Shown: positions 58,401 to 64,000 of the stretch, in pieces
Layout: the number at the start of each line of letters is the position of its first letter
How positions within the stretch are numbered: the first letter of the stretch is position 1
NCBI GenBank assembly: GCA_964019425.1
Contig: OZ025805.1
Span: 868,001 to 932,000 of the forward strand
Source of the DNA: Flectonema sp. DT1601
Taxonomy: Eukaryota
Length of the DNA: 64,000 nucleotides
Direction of reading: 5' to 3'
Program-made: the position numbers and the translations under genes
The notes under the pieces: model-generated
Told to the model about the DNA's origin: nothing
Database searches by the model: none
The model's input: only the letters and a program-made list of their open reading frames with translations

Positions 58401-59380
58401 ATTGCCCAGACCAGGATGATCGTCAATGCATCTGGATTAATAACGGATGTACTTGCAACAAGGATCCAAGAACTTGTTCCGACATCTCAACTCAAGCTGT
58501 TTGTCAAAGCTCTAATTGCCCAGACCAGGATGATCGTCAATGCATCTGGATTAATAACGGATGTACTTGCAACAAGGATCCAAGAACCTGTTCTGACATC
58601 TCAACTCAAGCTGTTTGTCAAAGCTCTAATTGCCCAGACCAGGATGATCGTCAATGCATCTGGATTAATAACGGATGTACTTGCAACAAGGATCCAAGAA
58701 CTTGTTCCGACATCTCAACTCAAGCTGTTTGTCAAAGCTCTAATTGCCCAGACCAGGATGATCGTCAATGCATCTGGATTAATAACGGATGTACTTGCAA
58801 CAAGGATCCAAGAACCTGTTCTGACATCTCAACTCAAGCTGTTTGTCAAAGCTCTAATTGCCCAGACCAGGATGATCGTCAATGCATCTGGATTAATAAC
58901 GGATGTACTTGCAACAAGGATCCAAGAACTTGTTCTGACATCTCAACTCAAGCTGTTTGTCAAAGCTCTAATTGCCCAGACCAGGATGATCGTCAATGCA
59001 TCTGGATTAATAACGGATGTACTTGCAACAAGGATCCAAGAACCTGTTCTGACATCTCAACTCAAACTGTTTGTCAAAGCTCTAATTGCCCAGACCAGGA
59101 TGATCGTCAATGCATCTGGATTAATAACGGATGTACTTGCAACAAGGATCCAAGAACCTGTTCTGACATCTCAACTCAAGCTGTTTGTCAAAGCTCTAAT
59201 TGCCCAGACCAGGATGATCGTCAATGCATCTGGATTAATAACGGATGTACTTGCAACAAGGATCCAAGAACCTGTTCTGACATCTCAACTCAAGCTGTTT
59301 GTCAAAGCTCTAATTGCCCAGACCAGGATGATCGTCGGTGTGTCTGGAGTGAAGTTGGGTGTACTTGCCGATTGATTTAG
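52496..59380 (+). CDS. Family B copy 11 (2294 aa, 60 modules; His-variant subtype)
   Basis: Same leader and terminal modules; equals copy 8 plus 14 modules. Confidence 0.88.
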   Translation: MIYSIAVILTLALSQRPCDSYGNLRSCRRAVCPDLSTQQCTWIRTTRECKCVKPSCDDFSTPTTCHTSNCPDQDDRQCIWINNGCTCNTDPRTCSEISTRASCQTSHCPDQDDRQCIWINNGCTCNTDPRTCSEISTRASCQTSHCPDQDDRQCIWINNGCTCNTDPRTCSEISTQAFCQSSNCPDQDDRQCIWINNGCTCNTDPRTCSEISTRASCQTSHCPDQDDRQCIWINNGCTCNTDPRTCSEISTRASCQTSHCPDQDDRQCIWINNGCTCNTDPRTCSEISTQAFCQSSNCPDQDDRQCIWINNGCTCNTDPRTCSEISTRASCQTSHCPDQDDRQCIWINNGCTCNKDPRTCSDISTQAVCQSSNCPDQDDRQCIWINNGCTCNKDPRTCSDISTQAVCQSSNCPDQDDRQCIWINNGCTCNKDPRTCSDISTQAVCQSSNCPDQDDRQCIWINNGCTCNKDPRTCSDISTQAVCQSSNCPDQDDRQCIWINNGCTCNKDPRTCSDISTQAVCQSSNCPDQDDRQCIWINNGCTCNKDPRTCSDISTQAVCQSSNCPDQDDRQCIWINNGCTCNKDPRTCSDISTQAVCQSSNCPDQDDRQCIWINNGCTCNKDPRTCSDISTQAVCQSSNCPDQDDRQCIWINNGCTCNKDPRTCSDISTQAACQSSNCPDQDDRQCIWINNGCTCNKDPRTCSDISTQAVCQSSNCPDQDDRQCIWINNGCTCNKDPRTCSDISTQAVCQSSNCPDQDDRQCIWINNGCTCNKDPRTCSDISTQAACQSSNCPDQDDRQCIWINNGCTCNKDPRTCSDISTQAVCQSSNCPDQDDRQCIWINNGCTCNKDPRTCSDISTQAVCQSSNCPDQDDRQCIWINNGCTCNKDPRTCSDISTQAACQSSNCPDQDDRQCIWINNGCTCNKDPRTCSDISTQAACQSSNCPDQDDRQCIWINNGCTCNKDPRTCSDISTQAVCQSSNCPDQDDRQCIWINNGCTCNKDPRTCSDISTQAVCQSSNCPDQDDRQCIWINNGCTCNKDPRNCSDISTQAVCQSSNCPDQDDRQCIWINNGCTCNKDPRTCSDISTQAACQSSNCPDQDDRQCIWINNGCTCNKDPRTCSDISTQAVCQSSNCPDQDDRQCIWINNGCTCNKDPRTCSDISTQAVCQSSNCPDQDDRQCIWINNGCTCNKDPRTCSDISTQAVCQSSNCPDQDDRQCIWINNGCTCNKDPRTCSDISTQAVCQSSNCPDQDDRQCIWINNGCTCNKDPRTCSDISTQAVCQSSNCPDQDDRQCIWINNGCTCNKDPRTCSDISTQAVCQSSNCPDQDDRQCIWINNGCTCNKDPRTCSDISTQAVCQSSNCPDQDDRQCIWINNGCTCNKDPRTCSDISTQAVCQSSNCPDQDDRQCIWINNGCTCNKDPRTCSDISTQAACQSSNCPDQDDRQCIWINNGCTCNKDPRTCSDISTQAACQSSNCPDQDDRQCIWINNGCTCNKDPRTCSDISTQAVCQSSNCPDQDDRQCIWINNGCTCNKDPRTCSDISTQAVCQSSNCPDQDDRQCIWINNGCTCNKDPRNCSDISTQAVCQSSNCPDQDDRQCIWINNGCTCNKDPRTCSDISTQAACQSSNCPDQDDRQCIWINNGCTCNKDPRTCSDISTQAVCQSSNCPDQDDRQCIWINNGCTCNKDPRTCSDISTQAVCQSSNCPDQDDRQCIWINNGCTCNKDPRTCSDISTQAVCQSSNCPDQDDRQCIWINNGCTCNKDPRTCSDISTQAVCQSSNCPDQDDRQCIWINNGCTCNKDPRTCSDISTQAVCQSSNCPDQDDRQCIWINNGCTCNKDPRTCSDISTQAVCQSSNCPDQDDRQCIWINNGCTCNKDPRTCSDISTQAVCQSSNCPDQDDRQCIWINNGCTCNKDPRTCSDISTQAVCQSSNCPDQDDRQCIWINNGCTCNKDPRTCSDISTQAACQSSNCPDQDDRQCIWINNGCTCNKDPRTCSDISTQAVCQSSNCPDQDDRQCIWINNGCTCNKDPRTCSDISTQAVCQSSNCPDQDDRQCIWINNGCTCNKDPRTCSDISTQAVCQSSNCPDQDDRQCIWINNGCTCNKDPRTCSDISTQAVCQSSNCPDQDDRQCIWINNGCTCNKDPRTCSDISTQAVCQSSNCPDQDDRQCIWINNGCTCNKDPRTCSDISTQTVCQSSNCPDQDDRQCIWINNGCTCNKDPRTCSDISTQAVCQSSNCPDQDDRQCIWINNGCTCNKDPRTCSDISTQAVCQSSNCPDQDDRRCVWSEVGCTCRLI

Positions 59381-60265
59381 TCAGCGGTATATTCTTCGTC
59401 GTTTTAACAAATTATGATTTAAAAAGAATACTCTTGAAGATTGTAAAGTAGATGAAGATGTTTCTCTTTGTATACTTCAATGAGTGTTTCAGATAGTTAT
59501 GCGAAGCTGTTCATGCTATATTTCTGTTGTCTTTATTTTCAAGATATTTTTATTCGCTCAAATGATTTAAGTAGTGATGAATGCACTCTGTAAGGCTTGT
59601 GTTCATGGCTCTTCATTTTACTCTCTCACAGCGGTGTCTTATTGTATTACATTTAGACTCATGTTTTTACTTACAATTTAGGAATAGTACCTTTTTCCTT
59701 CCCTCTCTGATTTTTTTTGTCGGTAGCTAACAATAGCTTTTTTTAGGGGAGTGAAATACTGCAGTGAGCATTGTAATTGTTTGAGTATCGGTAGCAATGG
59801 AGTGAAGTTAATTCATCCGAAGCTACTGAGTTACCTGCTTATACTTCTCATGTTATACTGCAATGTTGGATACATTCTGACGCATTTTTTCCTCGAGATT
59901 GTCGTTGAACGCTGCTGTCTTTTTTCTCTTTTCCTCTCTCTGTTTAGACTGTTATATGTCTATGAAAGAATTGTTTTATGTGGAGGAAATTTTGTCGCTG
60001 TGTCTCTCTTGTAGCCAAGCTTGCTACGTTGATTTTGTTAATTTTGAAACTAAGATTAACGAAATCTCTATTCCAATATGAGCAGTGAAAGGTTTAGTTA
60101 TTTAATCATTGTAATTCATTATAACTTAAGTATCATACAAAATATGTTCCGTGGTTTCTGTCCAAATCAACGATCAAATTAGAGGGTGTCGTTGAACACT
60201 GATATTTCTTACTTCGTGATTCTCGCTACTTAATATTACGCTTAATAGTTTATCTAACATCAAAT

Positions 60266-63200
60266 ATGATATATTCAATCGCTGTTATCCTCACATTGGC
60301 TCTTTCTCAAAGGCCGTGTGATTCGTACGGGAATCTGAGAAGCTGCAGAAGAGCAGTGTGTCCTGATCTTTCTACTCAACAATGTACTTGGATTAGAACT
60401 ACGAGGGAGTGTAAATGTGTGAAACCTTCTTGTGATGACTTCTCGACTCCAACTACTTGTCAAACATCTAATTGCCCAGACCAGGATGATCGTCAATGCA
60501 TCTGGATTAATAACGGATGTACTTGCAACAAGGATCCAAGAACCTGTTCTGACATCTCAACTCAAGCTGTTTGTCAAAGCTCTAATTGCCCAGACCAGGA
60601 TGATCGTCAATGCATCTGGATTAATAACGGATGTACTTGCAACAAGGATCCAAGAACCTGTTCCGACATCTCAACTCAAGCTGTTTGTCAAAGCTCTAAT
60701 TGCCCAGACCAGGATGATCGTCAATGCATCTGGATTAACAACGGATGTACTTGCAACAAGGATCCAAGAACTTGTTCCGACATCTCAACTCAAGCTGTTT
60801 GTCAAAGCTCTAATTGCCCAGACCAGGATGATCGTCAATGCATCTGGATTAATAATGGATGTACTTGCAACAAGGATCCAAGAACCTGTTCTGACATCTC
60901 AACTCAAGCTACTTGTCAAAGCTCTAATTGCCCAGACCAGGATGATCGTCAATGCATCTGGATTAACAACGGATGTACTTGCAACAAGGATCCAAGAACT
61001 TGTTCCGACATCTCAACTCAAGCTGCTTGTCAAAGCTCTAATTGCCCAGACCAGGATGATCGTCAATGCATATGGATTAATAACGGATGTACTTGCAACA
61101 AGGATCCAAGAACCTGTTCTGACATCTCAACTCAAGCTACTTGTCAAAGCTCTAATTGCCCAGACCAGGATGATCGTCAATGCATCTGGATTAACAACGG
61201 ATGTACTTGCAACAAGGATCCAAGAACCTGTTCTGACATCTCAACTCAAGCTGTTTGTCAAAGCTCTAATTGCCCAGACCAGGATGATCGTCAATGCATC
61301 TGGATTAATAACGGATGTACTTGCAACAAGGATCCAAGAACCTGTTCCGACATCTCAACTCAAGCTGCTTGTCAAAGCTCTAATTGCCCAGACCAGGATG
61401 ATCGTCAATGCATCTGGATTAATAACGGATGTACTTGCAACAAGGATCCAAGAACCTGTTCTGACATCTCAACTCAAGCTGCTTGTCAAAGCTCTAATTG
61501 CCCAGACCAGGATGATCGTCAATGCATCTGGATTAATAACGGATGTACTTGCAACAAGGATCCAAGAACCTGTTCTGACATCTCAACTCAAGCTGCTTGT
61601 CAAAGCTCTAATTGCCCAGACCAGGATGATCGTCAATGCATCTGGATTAACAACGGATGTACTTGCAACAAGGATCCAAGAACCTGTTCTGACATCTCAA
61701 CTCAAGCTGCTTGTCAAAGCTCTAATTGCCCAGACCAGGATGATCGTCAATGCATCTGGATTAATAACGGATGTACTTGCAACAAGGATCCAAGAACCTG
61801 TTCTGACATCTCAACTCAAGCTGTTTGTCAAAGCTCTAATTGCCCAGACCAGGATGATCGTCAATGCATCTGGATTAATAACGGATGTACTTGCAACAAG
61901 GATCCAAGAACCTGTTCCGACATCTCAACTCAAGCTGTTTGTCAAAGCTCTAATTGCCCAGATCAGGATGATCGTCAATGCATCTGGATTAATAACGGAT
62001 GTACTTGCAACAAGGATCCAAGAACCTGTTCCGACATCTCAACTCAAGCTGTTTGTCAAAGCTCTAATTGCCCAGACCAGGATGATCGTCAATGCATCTG
62101 GATTAATAACGGATGTACTTGCAACAAGGATCCAAGAACCTGTTCTGACATCTCAACTCAAGCTGCTTGTCAAAGCTCTAATTGCCCAGACCAGGATGAT
62201 CGTCAATGCATCTGGATTAATAACGGATGTACTTGCAACAAGGATCCGAGAACCTGTTCCGACATCTCAACTCAAGCTGTTTGTCAAAGCTCTAATTGCC
62301 CAGACCAGGATGATCGTCAATGCATCTGGATTAATAACGGATGTACTTGCAACAAGGATCCAAGAACCTGTTCCGACATCTCAACTCAAGCTGCTTGTCA
62401 AAGCTCTAATTGCCCAGACCAGGATGATCGTCAATGCATCTGGATTAATAACGGATGTACTTGCAACAAGGATCCAAGAACCTGTTCTGACATCTCAACT
62501 CAAGCTGTTTGTCAAAGCTCTAATTGCCCAGACCAGGATGATCGTCAATGCATCTGGATTAATAACGGATGTACTTGCAACAAGGATCCAAGAACCTGTT
62601 CCGACATCTCAACTCAAGCTGTTTGTCAAAGCTCTAATTGCCCAGACCAGGATGATCGTCAATGCATCTGGATTAATAACGGATGTACTTGCAACAAGGA
62701 TCCGAGAACCTGTTCCGACATCTCAACTCAAGCTGTTTGTCAAAGCTCTAATTGCCCAGACCAGGATGATCGTCAATGCATCTGGATTAATAACGGATGT
62801 ACTTGCAACAAGGATCCAAGAACCTGTTCCGACATCTCAACTCAAGCTGTTTGTCAAAGCTCTAATTGCCCAGACCAGGATGATCGTCAATGCATCTGGA
62901 TTAATAACGGATGTACTTGCAACAAGGATCCAAGAACCTGTTCTGACATCTCAACTCAAGCTGTTTGTCAAAGCTCTAATTGCCCAGACCAGGATGATCG
63001 TCAATGCATCTGGATTAATAACGGATGTACTTGCAACAAGGATCCGAGAACCTGTTCCGACATCTCAACTCAAGCTGTTTGTCAAAGCTCTAATTGCCCA
63101 GACCAGGATGATCGTCAATGCATCTGGATTAATAACGGATGTACTTGCAACAAGGATCCAAGAACCTGTTCTGACATCTCAACTCAAGCTGTTTGTCAAA

Positions 63201-63958
63201 GCTCTAATTGCCCAGACCAGGATGATCGTCAATGTATCTGGATTAATAACGGATGTACTTGCAACAAGGATCCGAGAACCTGTTCCGACATCTCAACTCA
63301 AGCTGTTTGTCAAAGCTCTAATTGCCCAGACCAGGATGATCGTCAATGCATCTGGATTAATAACGGATGTACTTGCAACAAGGATCCAAGAACCTGTTCT
63401 GACATCTCAACTCAAGCTGTTTGTCAAAGCTCTAATTGCCCAGACCAGGATGATCGTCAATGTATCTGGATTAATAACGGATGTACTTGCAACAAGGATC
63501 CGAGAACCTGTTCCGACATCTCAACTCAAGCTGTTTGTCAAAGCTCTAATTGCCCAGACCAGGATGATCGTCAATGTATCTGGATTAATAACGGATGTAC
63601 TTGCAACAAGGATCCAAGAACCTGTTCTGACATCTCAACTCAAGCTGTTTGTCAAAGCTCTAATTGCCCAGACCAGGATGATCGTCAATGCATCTGGATT
63701 AATAACGGATGTACTTGCAACAAGGATCCAAGAACCTGTTCTGACATCTCAACTCAAGCTGTTTGTCAAAGCTCTAATTGCCCAGACCAGGATGATCGTC
63801 AATGCATCTGGATTAATAACGGATGTACTTGCAACAAGGATCCAAGAACCTGTTCCGACATCTCAACTCAAGCTGTTTGTCAGAGCTCTAATTGCCCAGA
63901 CCAGGATGATCGTCGGTGTGTCTGGAGTGAAGTTGGGTGTACTTGCCGATTGATTTAG
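60266..63958 (+). CDS. Family B copy 12 (1230 aa, 32 modules)
   Basis: Near-identical to copy 9. Confidence 0.88.
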   Translation: MIYSIAVILTLALSQRPCDSYGNLRSCRRAVCPDLSTQQCTWIRTTRECKCVKPSCDDFSTPTTCQTSNCPDQDDRQCIWINNGCTCNKDPRTCSDISTQAVCQSSNCPDQDDRQCIWINNGCTCNKDPRTCSDISTQAVCQSSNCPDQDDRQCIWINNGCTCNKDPRTCSDISTQAVCQSSNCPDQDDRQCIWINNGCTCNKDPRTCSDISTQATCQSSNCPDQDDRQCIWINNGCTCNKDPRTCSDISTQAACQSSNCPDQDDRQCIWINNGCTCNKDPRTCSDISTQATCQSSNCPDQDDRQCIWINNGCTCNKDPRTCSDISTQAVCQSSNCPDQDDRQCIWINNGCTCNKDPRTCSDISTQAACQSSNCPDQDDRQCIWINNGCTCNKDPRTCSDISTQAACQSSNCPDQDDRQCIWINNGCTCNKDPRTCSDISTQAACQSSNCPDQDDRQCIWINNGCTCNKDPRTCSDISTQAACQSSNCPDQDDRQCIWINNGCTCNKDPRTCSDISTQAVCQSSNCPDQDDRQCIWINNGCTCNKDPRTCSDISTQAVCQSSNCPDQDDRQCIWINNGCTCNKDPRTCSDISTQAVCQSSNCPDQDDRQCIWINNGCTCNKDPRTCSDISTQAACQSSNCPDQDDRQCIWINNGCTCNKDPRTCSDISTQAVCQSSNCPDQDDRQCIWINNGCTCNKDPRTCSDISTQAACQSSNCPDQDDRQCIWINNGCTCNKDPRTCSDISTQAVCQSSNCPDQDDRQCIWINNGCTCNKDPRTCSDISTQAVCQSSNCPDQDDRQCIWINNGCTCNKDPRTCSDISTQAVCQSSNCPDQDDRQCIWINNGCTCNKDPRTCSDISTQAVCQSSNCPDQDDRQCIWINNGCTCNKDPRTCSDISTQAVCQSSNCPDQDDRQCIWINNGCTCNKDPRTCSDISTQAVCQSSNCPDQDDRQCIWINNGCTCNKDPRTCSDISTQAVCQSSNCPDQDDRQCIWINNGCTCNKDPRTCSDISTQAVCQSSNCPDQDDRQCIWINNGCTCNKDPRTCSDISTQAVCQSSNCPDQDDRQCIWINNGCTCNKDPRTCSDISTQAVCQSSNCPDQDDRQCIWINNGCTCNKDPRTCSDISTQAVCQSSNCPDQDDRQCIWINNGCTCNKDPRTCSDISTQAVCQSSNCPDQDDRQCIWINNGCTCNKDPRTCSDISTQAVCQSSNCPDQDDRRCVWSEVGCTCRLI

Positions 63959-64000
63959 TCAGCGGTATATTGTTCGTCGTTTTAGCAAATTATGATTTAA

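Larger units (their letters stand above)
6363..63958 (+). repeat. Tandem gene array: 12 units of (114-bp coding minisatellite gene + 885-bp spacer); probably continues past the right edge
   Basis: Near-identical N-termini and identical C-termini recur through the array. Another spacer begins at 63959. Confidence 0.97.

Noticed and set aside
6363..63958. CRISPR-like array
   Set aside because: The repeats are contiguous 114-bp coding units with no unique spacers, and there are no cas genes.

Overview
Eukaryotic-looking, intron-free tandem gene array built from repeats nested inside repeats. Bases 1-4120 are the 3' part of a cysteine-rich repeat gene (family A) that runs in from the left edge. 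Bases 6363-63958 hold 12 head-to-tail, + strand copies of a paralogous family B. Each family B copy is a short predicted signal peptide followed by n copies of a 38-aa (114-bp) six-cysteine module (C-x8-C-x4-C-x7-C-x6-C-x-C-x6). Every length fits 14+38n aa, with n = 23, 35, 20, 17, (59), 19, 55, 46, 32, 18, 60, 32. Near-identical spacers of exactly 885 bp separate the copies. Copy 5 has lost its ATG and signal peptide through a 103-bp deletion but keeps a 6.7-kb open frame. Diagnostic variants reveal higher-order duplications (copies 8-9 = 11-12; 4/5 resemble 6/7). Between families A and B is a diverged spacer that carries an insertion with two tandem copies of an element able to fold into a long stem-loop. 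I cannot assign a gene name, a known domain family or an organism from the sequence alone.
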